Origin: Lepidodermella squamata
Taxonomy: Eukaryota; Animalia; Gastrotricha
Direction: 5' to 3'
DNA: 64,000 nt
Assembly: GCA_047495785.1 (NCBI GenBank)
Contig: JBLDXI010000050.1
Span: forward strand, 1-64,000
The position numbers were made by a program, and so were the translations under genes. Shown here one piece after another: positions 12,701 through 25,100 of the stretch. Positions within the stretch are counted from its first letter, which is position 1, and the number at the start of each line of letters is the position of its first letter. The notes under the pieces are model-generated. The model had not been told where the DNA came from. It was given only the letters and a program-made list of their open reading frames with translations, and did no database searches.

Positions 12701-14120
12701 CGGGATCCCGCAGCTCATCCCACTCGTCCCGCAGCTCATCCCGCAGTGTCATCCCGCACTTTGGGCGTATGAAATAAAAAAAAACCGGAGGCCAGCAGGA
12801 ATCGAACCAGTGACTGCGATCACCAAACGCGCACACTAATCTATTGCGCCACCGGTCGATTCACATTAACATATACAGAACGGCGATACTTATATCGCGC
12901 TGGAATTACGTGAAAATAAGTCAGTCAAATTGGCGTGCGGCCAAGACCAAAATCGCGATTTCTGAAGCCGATTTCGACACGATCGGCGGCGAATTGGGTC
13001 AGCGGCCGCGAATAGTTTGTACAGAATTTCGAGGGCTATCCGCCGATATAAGATTTATGGGCCGGCGTTACTTGGTTCGCGCTGAAAATGCGTGCAAAGT
13101 CAGTCAAATTGGCGTGCGGCCAAGACCAAAATCGCGATTTCTGAAGCCGATTTCGACACGATCGGCGGCGAATTGGGTCAGCGGCCGCGGATAGTTTGTA
13201 CAGAATTTCGAGGGCTATCCGCCGATATAAGATTTATGGGCCGGCGATACTTGGTTCGCGCTGAAAATGCGTGCAAAGTCAGTCAAATTGGCGTGCGGCC
13301 AAGACCAAAATCGCGATTTCTGAAGCCGATTTCGACACGATCGGCGGCGAATTGGGTCAGCGGCCGCGGATAGTTTGTACAGAATTTCGAGGGCTATCCG
13401 CCGATATAAGATTTATGGGCCGGCGTTACTTGGTTCGCGCTGAAAATGCGTGCAAAGTCAGTCAAATTGGCGTGCGGCCAAGACCAAAATCGCGATTTCT
13501 GAAGCCGATTTCGACACGATCGGCGGCGAATTGGGTCAGCGGCCGCGGATATTTTGTACAGAATTTCGAGGGCTATCCGCCGATATAAGATTTATGGGCC
13601 AGCGATATGTGGTTCGCGCTGAAATTGCGTGCAAAGTCAGTCAAATTTCTGGTCAAAAATGGCGGCAGAACACATACATTCCATTTCCGCAAGCATCTAG
13701 TAGCAAATTAGAATTAATCTGGCAACAGCCATATGTAACAAGTGCGGGATGATAGCTGCGGGATGATGTGCAGGATAGCTGCGGGATGGATGCGGGATAC
13801 TGATGCGGGACGATGCTGCACTGATGCGGGACGTGCGGGATGCAAAGTTATATTTGGAAGATGTCCCGAAAAGTGCTGCGATGATCCTTTTGACCGAGTA
13901 CATTTTCTACATGTCGGTCTACACTGGATTGGTCAGCTTTTACAGCCTCCTGCTTGGCTATATTGCGACCGATATGGCAAAATCGGCTAACAAAGTGCTG
14001 AAGTTCGGCTGCCTTCGAATCTCATTTCTGAATCTGCTTAATGCATTCGGCTTCGTGATGGCTGTCGCCTTTTTCTTCGGAATCAATCTTTATGCGTTGT
14101 ACGTTCTCAAGTACGAATAA
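9747..14120 (+). CDS. Type-1 EGF/CUB-fused Cys-loop channel subunit with 1.33-kb insertion just after M2
   Basis: Exons give MSFKKLFTVVAMAQLACEALSACPG..., EGF1 C-AGDW-C-VNYGK-C-NSTGF-C-N-C-DYGFSGDY-C, EGF2 CSPQCGPGQCINGFSCRCPDKTFGPSC, CUB-like CTWRIKIPDD...LQVFY...SGFYVKL, Thr-rich stalk, Cys-loop CEMDLRKFPFDTQTC, M1-M2 to 12513. M3-M4 resume at 13848-14120 (LEDVPKSAAMILLTEY...LKYE). Confidence 0.88.
12775..12858 (-). ncRNA. tRNA-derived Pol III-like unit (pseudo-tRNA or SINE head) inside the TIR element
   Basis: Minus strand reads accggTGGCGCAATAGattag (A-box-like) ... GGTTCGATTCC (B-box) ... ccgg then a T-run terminator. No convincing anticodon arm. Confidence 0.55.
12918..13647. repeat. 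179-bp tandem satellite, 4 full copies plus partial
   Basis: Unit starts aagtcagtcaaattggcgtgcggcc at 12918, 13097, 13276, 13455, partial at 13634; repeated ORFs are spaced 179 nt. Confidence 0.95.
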
Positions 14121-14913
14121 TGCGAAGTTGAGCTGGTATTTTCTTCAGTAATATACTATTCAATCAACTATTCAACTTAAAAGGAACTTGAAGTTGTTTA
14201 TTAACATCTGTTATTCAGAAATCCGTCAAATCAGTTTGATAAATTGTTCTGGAATGACAACTGAAATTGACGGGTTCGATTTATGATAGCTTTGAAACAG
14301 CTTGATTTTATACTAGATGCTTTGCCTCCAATCTCGAATGTGATCAATAATATCGTACTGCTGTCGAATCATTAAAATATGTAAACCTTTGAACTATTTT
14401 TCGTTTTCATACATCCGAAAAGTGAAAATAAATCATAATCTTTCTCTCTTGAAGATACTGAAACAAATCTAATGAAACAAATTCCAAAATATCTGAAAAA
14501 CTGAAGCATCAATTCAGACCTAGCAACCATTGCTACAAACCAGTCTTTGAGGTTTTAAATGACGGCCCTAGCGAGGCCCTTACGCCATTGGCTTGCAGAA
14601 AAAATAAGTTGAGGCAGTGCCAGTGAATGCAGCCTATAAGCCCTGTATAATTAATGAGAAGTGTAATCAACATTTTTCATAGCGTCAGCAATTTTCAAAG
14701 TATTTCGGAGATCATGTGACAAATGCACAGTCTAACACGTTGTTTATAATGGCAAGTTTTTTGCTTGAGGATAAACTCGGATTAAATCTTCTTCTTGAAA
14801 GTTTTACGAGAAATTCCACATAAACTGCAAGTCGAGCTATCAGGAAAACCTCTCTCAAGTCTATACAATTCGAGACAATATTCTACTACAATTTATATCT
14901 GGGTGTGTTTTTG

Positions 14914-16355
14914 ATGGAGAAAGTATCCCAATGGTTAATTTTGGGTCTTGGAGTTTCAATGTTGATCTTTCTTACCTCCGCACTGCCGAAAGAACACACG
15001 GTACTAAATGAAATTTAGCATTATTTTAAAGTGAAAGGATAATATTTTCTTAGATTTTCATAGAAGCTGTGGTAGATAGCAACATTACCCTGGTAAGAGA
15101 ACTTCTCGCTAAGAACAGATCACTGGCAAAAACTCGATACTTGACATTGCCAGTGCCGGAAGAATTGCGTTATCACTCCCCTTTCTCTGGGCTATCTGCA
15201 AGCATCCCGGTTCTAGAAGCCACTGTTGGATACAACCAAAGCTACGAACTGGTCAAGCTGTTACTTGACAACGGGGCTGACGTGGATGCAGGTGATGGTG
15301 GAGTTGAGAGCCTTTCAAGAACAGCCTTACACTGGGCGGTCCTGAATGGCAGATCAGATCTTGTCGAGCTTCTTCTCAGCTACAACGCCACCATAGACAA
15401 GAGGGATAAAGCTGGCCACGACGCCCTGTACTACGCTGTTGAGTCTGATAATCTTGGCATCGTACAATTACTTCTCTCGAAAGGGGCCAAAATCAACACA
15501 ACGTACGATGGAATGCATTTAGTCCATGTCGCAGCTCTAAAATGTAAAGCAACAATTTTGCAGTACTTTCTATCGCAAAATTTATCAGCCGATGCCGAGA
15601 CGAGGAGCAAAAATCGAGCAATATGCTTTTGCCCCCAGAATTCGAATATAGCACAGTTGTTACTATCGAAAGGTGCTCAAGTGAATGGTTCATGCGGCGA
15701 GGAACTTCTTATTATCCACGTGATGCATCAGGGTTTAGCAGTTGCCACCCTTCGAGTTTTGATCGAAAATGGCGCGAACATCAACGCTGTTTCGAGTCGT
15801 GGCGAGACTGCGCTACAAATGGCTGCTTCTCTCACTAACGCTGGCGTCGTGCGACTTTTGATTGAATCGGGCGCGAAAAAGACATTAGACTCACGTGGCT
15901 ATTCACTGTCGCTGAGAGCTGCCTTCGGCCAGCTGCCTGCTGATAAAACTAGGTTTGTCGAGATCTTGAATTACCTCTTGGATGAAGGTGATGCGATTGA
16001 TGGGAATTTGAGGAATAACGAAACATACCTATCGATGGTGCTCAAGAATACTGACAGCTACAGCATCATGTTGCCATTTGTCAAGCTTGCCGTTGAAAAG
16101 GGCAAGGCGAATGTTAACAAGACTGATTCGAATGGACGCAATGCTCTGCACCTAGCAGTTTTGAATGACTCTTACGGATACGCTGATGATAAGGTGGATA
16201 CAATCAAATATTTGGTCTCCGTGGGTGTGAACCTTGAAGCCAAGGACAATCGCGGGAGAACAGCTCTGCAAAACGTCCAGGAGAGCCGGTATTATGCACA
16301 AAATCGGGCTGATCGTCAGGCTATTATCGACATTTTTCCGAAGTTGGTAGTTTAG
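14914..16355 (+). CDS. Ankyrin-repeat protein with N-terminal signal peptide or anchor (2 exons: 14914-15000, 15054-16355)
   Basis: Exon 1 MEKVSQWLILGLGVSMLIFLTSALPKEHT, phase-0 53-nt GT-AG intron, then ankyrin repeats (TALHWAVLNG..LVELLL, GETALQMAA, GRNALHLAV, LLSKGA.IN). Confidence 0.9.
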
Positions 16356-16444
16356 CGAGACAATTGGATCTTTTTTTTAAGATAATTGTTAGGAAAAAAA
16401 TTATCCAAAGAGATTACGATGATTTGAACAACTCTTCTTCGGGA

Positions 16445-17410
16445 TTAGCTAAGCATTAACTGAAACAGAATAAAGTCTGTGATCGTAACAGCCGATCCAA
16501 TGATGAGATAAGTAGCTAGATCAAAAGCTCTCATATACGTCAACTTTGTACGAACAGCATATTTTCTTAAACAATCAACATTAGCCAGGCCACATGTGAC
16601 AATTGTATAATCGCCGCCGGCCATAAATTTCCACGCAACCATGACAGTGATATAGACGACCTCGGAAGATTCTGGAATCATCGATGTAATCGCAGCTATA
16701 GTCATCGAATTCGCTAGAACAGCTGTAATGTTCAAAGCAGATCTTTTGAAAGAGAAAACGATCACTTTCCTGTGGACAACAATTCACATGATATCTCTAC
16801 CTATTAGGATCAGCTGGGTCGATTATTAAGGCGACCATTTGGATGAAAAACAACGTATAGGGTGGTATGAAAAGGATAGCTAGATAGAATAGATAGAAGA
16901 TAGATAGAAAGATAGAATCGCGTTGTAGCGTGATTGTGTACTTAATTTGGTCGTAAAACTTGTTGCCACTTTTAAAATAATCACTTTCTGTATCGATTGA
17001 TACAAAATTCCAAATTTCTGCCTCGTTTATGAAAGTTGGGAGAACCGTAAACGGCTGCATCGTGAAGTTGACGTCGCTTGTAGGATGGCTCGATACAAAT
17101 TTTAGCCCGCAAGAGAACTGATCAAACGGGAAACGAAACGTCCATACAGCTTGATACAAAATTTCCTGTCGCTTCCATGGTTGCCGAGAACACTTGATTA
17201 TCACTCTTTATATGTATCCATGTCGTATATATGTTATGTATCCATTCGCTTTTTGAGGAGATCATGTACGGCTCACCGTTTGCTGTGTTCCCGTGAACAG
17301 CTCTCGGGTACCAAACTGGTCTCTCTACAGGGAAGCCAACTGGCAGGTTAAAGGCGATACTGTCGTTTTCGCAGGCAGTTATCGAATGGTTGTTTCCAAG
17401 TAGTGAACAG
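16445..17410 (-). pseudogene. 5'-truncated type-2 Cys-loop channel pseudogene
   Basis: FPFDQFSCGLKFVSSHP and M1-M4 intact-looking, but multi-base deletions and duplications (16880-16920, 17140, 17200-17240) and homology ends near 17410 with no signal peptide. Confidence 0.85.
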
Positions 17411-17587
17411 CCAAATCACGTTAAGTAATTAAGAAAGAAACAAGAACAAGAACAAGAATTATAAAATAGCTTTTATTTGATCGAGTCCGATCTGCACATT
17501 AAGACTGGTTTTGAGCATCGTCTTCCTAATTAGAACACTTTCGTGCAAAAAACACTCCCACCTCCTGCGGCATTTGCAAATTTAATT

Positions 17588-17960
17588 TGCTGTAGCCTCT
17601 TCATTCACGTTAACAAACACCGCTTTTTACGTGTCAACAAGCCTATATCAGAGTCATTCTACGGCGCCAATTATGTTTATTGCCATAGGTAAAGCAAAAA
17701 ATGGTGAGAGCAAATTTCATTAGTAACAATTTTGTAAAATAATACAAAAACTATAGCCACGAAGTGAACGAACGTAAACTTTTTATTTAAATGATGTTTG
17801 ATAACTTCACCCATGAAAAATGAAAAAAATGATTGCTAACACGAGCTAAATCGATTGGTGCTGATAGAGAAGATTTGTAAGCCCGTGTATAAAAATAAAC
17901 CAGTTTTAACTGAGAAGGATAAATTAAGCAGAACTTCTATTAAATATTCCGCTTCAGATC
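17588..17960. repeat. Dispersed AT-rich repeat family (representative copy)
   Basis: Core gctgtagcctcttcattcacg...cagagtcattctacggcgc.aatgatg...gagagc.aatttcattag recurs near 29865, 35180, 36617, 39410, 39700 and inverted at 28400-28720. Confidence 0.8.
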
Positions 17961-19148
17961 TACTAAATGGCACGCGATCAACGTCATTCATTAGAACGTT
18001 CAATGTCCTCGTAGCTTCACAGTCGCGTGCCCAAACTTTCCATAAGGTAAAGAACAACTTGTCCTTGTATGATAAGTCGGTGGCAAATGTACTCACGGCA
18101 TGTCAACTTTGCTGGTCTAGGTATGCCATTTTCATTCACCTCAACCGTCCAACGTAAAAGCGTCATGTCCCAGCCGAGATCATCAGATGACAAAAATCAA
18201 AGGATGAGCAAGCGGATCATAGTGTGCGTTTGTTTCGTCGATGAGTTAATATTGCTGACCATCCATACCAGATTTGAGACGCAATACAATGTTTCGATGA
18301 TCGTCGTTATATTGATAAAGCCGAAAACTTCTCCATCACACTGGTGACGATTGTAACGGCGACGTTCGATGCCGGTAACATGTCTAATTTAAGGTCAGCA
18401 CAAGATGTTCAACAGTGTCACCGACAAATCCTCTGCGCAAATTTCGAGTTCTTTCATTCAGGCTCGACCTCGCTTACAATTTATGATAGTTTACAGGTAG
18501 GCGAAATCACGGCATTTGGTTTCAATTCGTTCAGAGTTTGCTGCTACATGCTCGGCGGAGCAACCGGAAGATTATTCGGTGAAAACTCAATATGGCGCAT
18601 ATGGAGTGTTCACGAAAAACTGCGTTGCTATTGCCTGATGCAAACAGCGATCATTTCAAATTCGATTAAATCAAATTAAATCAATTTTGGTGTTTCCATA
18701 AGCTCAGTGAAGTGGCATCAACACTGAAACATCGTTATAGATCGTCAATGATAGTTTGAAATTATGTCTCTCATCCCAGAAACAACAATGCAGCTCAGTT
18801 TTAATTGCAATAATTTCATATTAATTAATTGCAACGCTGGCAATAATTCAGCGCGTTTTTGTATGTTTTTAACCTGTTGTTGGGTGTTGAGAGTCGGGCC
18901 AATTAATGTTGAATTTTACCCAATCATATGTGACCGTCAGCAACAAAAGCAATAACATGCTATTTTGCCATTTGGCAATGAGTAAAAAATGGTGTCTCTT
19001 GTGTGTCAAAACAAATTAGCCGTGATCATCGCGTCACTGAGCCGTTGAGTCATTAGTGGCTTCTAGCTTTTACATCGGCTTTTTTGTTTTTTTGCTGTAA
19101 AACTTGAAAACAATTAGCGTATGAAGAAAATTGCACGTAATGTGTGGA

Positions 19149-22100
19149 TCTAATACGTATAGAAGTTTCGCCAACCTTAAACTTAAAACGTCAGATGCAC
19201 ATAAACCAGTGTGATTTTCGCACCCACGCGGGTGTGCATCCAATTTGCAGCGCGTTGGTGCGACAATTTAACTCGCTACACACAATCTAATCAACTAAGA
19301 AAATTCATAGAAAACCGTTGGCGCAAAATTTAAATTTTAAAACATAAAATTTTAAAAACAAAATAAATATTATAAAATAAATTTAATTGATTAATTTGTT
19401 TAATTATAGTTCATAACTCATAGCGCGCAATGTAAATTTGAAATGACGTTCGTCCGCTCGCCGCTGTTGTTAGCGCTCGCTCGCTAACTGCTCAGCAGCT
19501 CAACTGCGCTAATGCTAATGCTAATGCTGCAAATATAATGCTCCATGTCTCGAAGGCCCAATCTTCCGATTGATCAGCCTTCGACAAGCCGTCAGCCGTC
19601 ATGTTAATTCACCTGGTAAGTAAACCTAGCCCATGTCGTACTTTCTCCTCATACTTGTGTTTAGCTCCAGTTCCTTCGTCTCCTGTCATTAGAAATTTGG
19701 TTGTTCGAAGTTCTCCTGCACCTTCTTCTCCGGCCTCTCCAGTTATTCGCACCTTGATTGTGAGAAGCTCCCCAGTTCCCGCTTCTCCCCCGCTTCTGAA
19801 CCGTTTAACCATAGCTTCTCCTATACCATGTTCCCGCCGTAAGACATATTCTGCATTGATGTGTAACCTATTTCTAAGTATTTCATTTTCAGCTCTTGCA
19901 ATAAAACGCGCTTCCAACTGCAATGATAACACATTTAAACGTCCGAGAAGTGCTTTTAACGATGTTAATGACCGTAGGTTTAATCATTCAACTCATTAAC
20001 ATGAATTTATTCTACCTCCCGTGTCACAGTAACTATTGAAATAGAAGACGATGATGACGACTACACCAATCAACGTGTCCAGACACCGCTACCTTCTACA
20101 CCCATTGATATGGGTATGCTTCATAGTGATGTTATTAAAATCCTCCTTTAATGAAAATTTCAGATAACTTACCTGACATCGACGTTCCTTATCTGCCACC
20201 GTCTCCGATACCCATTGTGCAAGGTTTGCGAAGTGACAACATCGCAATTTGCAAAAAGCGTATTTCATTTTACATTAGAACAACTTCATCTCGAAGAATT
20301 TGTCAATAACGCTAACCCTCAACAAGCAGTTAAGAGACCGGCAGGTTACCATATGGCTAGAAGACCTGTCTTATTCGACGAGTTGGTTACACCTCATAAT
20401 GCCGGAAGCATGGATCAACGCTGCACACACTGTGAAGCGGAATTCTTTGTTGAAGAAAGAGCTTGCCGTTCATCTGGTATCAACCCTGTTTTTTCGGTGT
20501 GTTGTGCTGGAGGGAAAATTGATGTCGCTCCATTTCCTGATCCGCCTCCTTTGATCCGTAAATTGTTAACAACCAACTCGCCTCAAAGCAAACAGTTCCG
20601 TCATGAGATACGCAGCTATAATTCGGTATTTGCATTCACATCGATTGGTGTCAATGTCGATAAGAATGTTTCATGGTCTACCTTTCGCTTTGCTGGAGAA
20701 TTGTGTCACAAGCATGGTGATTTACTACCCAATGGATCTGATAGACCCAAATTCGCTCAAATGTACATTATTGATGTAGAAAACGAGGCCAAGAATCGGC
20801 TATCTGCAATGCCTGATCTTGATCCTATTCTGCTATCACAAATTCAAGACGAAGTACATACTTATTGCCCTTTTGTAAATTTCTACAAGCGGGCTTACGA
20901 GCAGTTGCTAAAATCGCCTAATTTAGTTCTTCGACTTCGGTGCGATAAGGATGTTGATCGCCGCCGTTACAACCTCCCTTCCAGTTCTGAGATCGCTGTT
21001 CTAATACCTGATAATCCATCAATTAAGGAAGGACGTGATATCATTCTGCGACTGAAGGATGGGGGTGTCAGAAGACTTTTCGAATCAGCGCCACTTTACG
21101 ATCCGCTGCACTATGTTTTGATGTTTATGCAAGGCCGTCATGGCTGGACATATACCATGACCCGTGCAGCAAATAGTGATCAAAAGTTGTCTGCTCTCGA
21201 TTATTATGCATACTTATTTCAACTCCGTTCACCGAGTTATCTTTTCCTGTATGGTCGTCTGTTACACCAATTCGCCTGTGATGCTTGGTATCGCATCGAA
21301 TCCGATCGCCTGCGTTATGTTCAAGATCACCAAGCTGAAATCCGCTCTGATCTATATCAAGGTTTCATGGATGCTATCAATGACGGAGAGCGAGATCTCG
21401 GGAGAATGGGTAAACGAGTAGTTCTGCCATCTTCATTTATTGGGTCTCCAAGACACAATGCTCAATTATTCCCAGATTCTATGGCCCGGGTAGCACACTA
21501 TGGCAAACCTGACCTTTTTGTTACGATGACCTGTAATCCAAACTGGAAAGAAATACAGGATAATTTGCTTCGAGACGAGAATGGCGTGCCCTTACAAACA
21601 GCTGCGGACCGGCCAGATCTATGTGCTCGCGTGTTTTACATCAAACTGAAGTCACTTTTGGAAGATCTTAAAGACAATGCAATTTTCGGAAAAGTGAAAT
21701 GCCTAATATATGTAATAGAATTCCAAAAGCGGGGTCTACCCCACGCTCATATTCTCATAATTCTTGATGATGAAAGCAAAATTCGTACCGTTGAGCAACT
21801 GGATGCAATCATCGCCGCGGAAATTCCCGACAAGGAACGAAACCCTCGGCTGTTCGATATTGTTACTCGACAAATGATGCATGGTCCATGTGGTCCTTCT
21901 CACCCGAAATGTCCTTGCATGAAAGATGGTCGATGCTCTAAAGATTTCCCGAAAAATTTCCGCGACGAAACATCTATGAGCGAAGATGGTTATCCCAAGT
22001 ACAAGAGACCCGACAATGGCAGACGAGTTGAAGTTCATGGAGCACAACTCGACAACAGATGGGTTGTGCCGTATAGCCCTTTTCTTTCGCTGAAATATGA

Positions 22101-25100
22101 TTGCCACATTAATGCAGAATACGTTGGATCGGTTGATTGCGTCAAATACTTATATAAGTATGTTTATAAGGGCAATGATCGTTCAGTTTTTGCTATCGGA
22201 CAATTGATGGGAAATTCAAATATAAATGAGATCAATGAATACAAAGAGGGTCGATATATTTCTACATCCGAAGCTTTTTGGCGCCTATATTCCTATCATC
22301 TTCATGGCGAATATCCGCCCGTCTGTCGATTGGACTTACATCTAGAGAATCAGCAGGTTAACATGACTTTCATATTATGGAATGTTAAACTTTTTACCAT
22401 TTATCTTCATTCAGCTTATCTATTTCAATGACGATGGACAAGTTATAAACGGACTTCCACGTGGCAAGGTTCCAAAGGATACCAAGTTGATGGCTTTCTT
22501 CAAGCTCTGTGCGTCGGATCAACAAGCAAGACAGTACACCTACAAGGAAATTCCACAGCACTATACGTGGAGTGTCAAGCATCACAAGTGGGAGAAACGA
22601 AGGAACAGCATTTTCAGCATCGGTCGTATTTACGGTGCCCCTTTCAATTCTGAACTATTCGCTTTGCGCCTCCTTCTTAATAACGTCCGCGGCCCAACCA
22701 GTTTTACTAACATTCGCACAGTCGACGGTTTTCAATGTTCGACCTATCTTGAGGCTTGCAGAAAACTGAACCTCATTGAAAACGGGGACAGCGTTCGAAC
22801 TTACTTGGCAGAAGCCGCGTTCCAACGTCTCCCCCGCAGCTTTCGCAGCGTTTTCGCTATACTTCTTTTCTTCGCTAAGCCGTCTCAACCGGAGTTGCTA
22901 TGGGAAGAATTCGTGGATTCATTGTGCGAGGATTTTCTGTACCAGGAAAGGATTTCAAAACCCAACGCCGTTTTATGTGATCGTCTGAAAAATAAAGCCC
23001 TCATCGAAATCAACAAATTTCTTTCACACCACCGAGTAACTTTGGCTGATTTTCCAAACATGCCCATTCCTACTGGTACATTGGCTTCTGTTCTCAGTGA
23101 AGAACTGGAATATGATCGAAACGTTTTGCTAAGCCAGCTTGAAGAGCAAAGGAAATTATGGACTACTCAGCAATGGTTCGTAATCGAAAAGGTTGAGGCC
23201 GCTATCGAGTCGTTTACAAGTGGTATGCGACAGGCCTCGGTATTTTTCCTTGACGGATTTGGCGGTTGTGGCAAAACCTTTGTTTATAACTATCTGCTTC
23301 GAAGTGTTCGATCTTTGGGACAAGTTGCTCTCGGTTGCGCTTCATCTGGCATTGCGGCTCTGTTGTTAGATAATGGCCGAACTGCCCACTCCAGATTTAA
23401 AATTCCCCTCAACGCCAATTCATTCAGCACATGTAATATCGGCTTCAAGACTGCGCTGGCAGAACTAATAAGGCAAACTGTTCTGCTTATCTGGGACGAG
23501 GCTCCTATGATGAGCCGTTTCAATTTCGTTGCTCTGGACAGAACGATCCGTGATATTACTAAAGTTGACGTTCCGTTTGGAGGTAGAATTTTTGAAATAT
23601 TATATTTGTTAAATGGATTTCATTCCTTCATTTCCACAGGAATCCCTGTGATATTTGGCGGAGATTTCAGACAATGCCTGCCAGTATTAAAACACGGCTC
23701 GAGGGCTGAGATTTTTTACTCCTGTATTACTAAAGCTCAATTCTGGCCGAATGTCAACATTTTAAGACTTTCTAAAAATATGCGCGTTATTTCTGACCCG
23801 GCTGTTGCAGATTTCATCCCGTGGCTTTTGTCTGTTAGCGAATCAAATTAAAATTCTTATCCCCGGCAGCGTGATCCTCCCCCCGCCCATAAAGCAGGCT
23901 CATTCTGAATCGGACCTGATCCGAGCCGTCTACGGCGAACTACCCACGAATTCAAGCTCGCAATATATCGCTGAACGATGCATCTTAGCCTCGAGGAACG
24001 ACGAGGTGGAACTTTTAAACAATAAAATTTTAGATCTCATAAATAGTGATAGCGTTACTTTTTTTAGTGCTGATACTGTTAGCGATCAAAACGCCCGTTA
24101 CCTTTTCCAAATTGAAGTAGTCAACAAATTTAATCCGCCAGGTCTTCCTCCTCACTCTCTTCGGCTTAAGGTCGGTGCACCTATTATATATTATTACGCA
24201 ATTTAAATCCTGGAATGGGCCTCTGTAATGGCACCAGGCTAAAAGTTTCTTCTCTAGATAATGGCATCTTAATAGCTGAGATTCTAAACGGCAGCCATAC
24301 CGGTCTCATAGTTCAAATTCCTAAAATAACACTAGACTCAGATAAAGATACTCTTCCTATCACCTTCAGTAGGCATCAATTTCCTGTTAGATTAGCATTC
24401 GCCATGACTATTAATAAGAGCCAAGGACAAACTTTCTCCGTTGTAGGTCTTCATTTAGCTAACCACCATGTCTTCACTCACGGACAACTATATGTAGCTC
24501 TTTCTAGAATTAGGGATCCACGTAATTTAATCTGTTTCGTTTACTATGATAAGAAATCTAAAAAGTATTACACCATCAATGTAGTGTTTCATGAGGTTTT
24601 GCTGCAATAATAAATACGATTTTTAAACTAATCGGTGTTCCCCTTTTACAAATTTTTAGACATATCTATAACTTCTTTTTGACATAATTATAATGCTACC
24701 TTCATGGTATTTCACTGACAAATACCGTGTTCAGCATGAAATACCCTACACGTACGTATTTTACTACCGATCAGCAAGGGAAAACGTGTCGAGATGCGAT
24801 CTCCTCAATTTATTCAATAACATTTTCGAGATATGCGGTGTTGGCTTCGTCGATAAATGTCAAGGTTTACAATTCATCAATGGTACTCCGGATAATCGTT
24901 ACTCACTGAATGAAGATGATGACCAGCGATAATGACTACGACTCGGATATGGGGTTCTTTTTCATATGGGTTATTACCTGGCGCACGGTACATCTGGAAC
25001 ATTGGGCAAGGGCCATGAAGAGCTACATCGATTGGGCAGGCTTCCGCCGTCTCTCCGACGAAATTTGCCGATTTGGATGCCTCCAAGAAGATATTCATTT

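Larger units (their letters stand above)
12518..13850. mobile_element. Non-autonomous TIR element inserted in the channel gene
   Basis: Perfect 17-bp TIRs taactttgcatcccgca / tgcgggatgcaaagtta, subterminal catcccgca arrays; absent from the paralog at the homologous site (6862-6880). No clean TSD resolved. Confidence 0.85.

Noticed and set aside
12518-12777. His/Pro/Ala-rich C-terminal domain of ORF 11407-12777
   Set aside because: It is read-through into the transposon's subterminal repeats; the real M3-M4 lies at 13848-14120.
12775-12858. Functional tRNA gene
   Set aside because: A and B boxes are present but the anticodon arm and acceptor stem are not well formed; kept only as tRNA-derived.
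12918-13647. CRISPR-like array or repeated small genes
   Set aside because: Monomers are identical along their whole length with no unique spacers, the context is eukaryotic, and the ORFs are by-products of the satellite.
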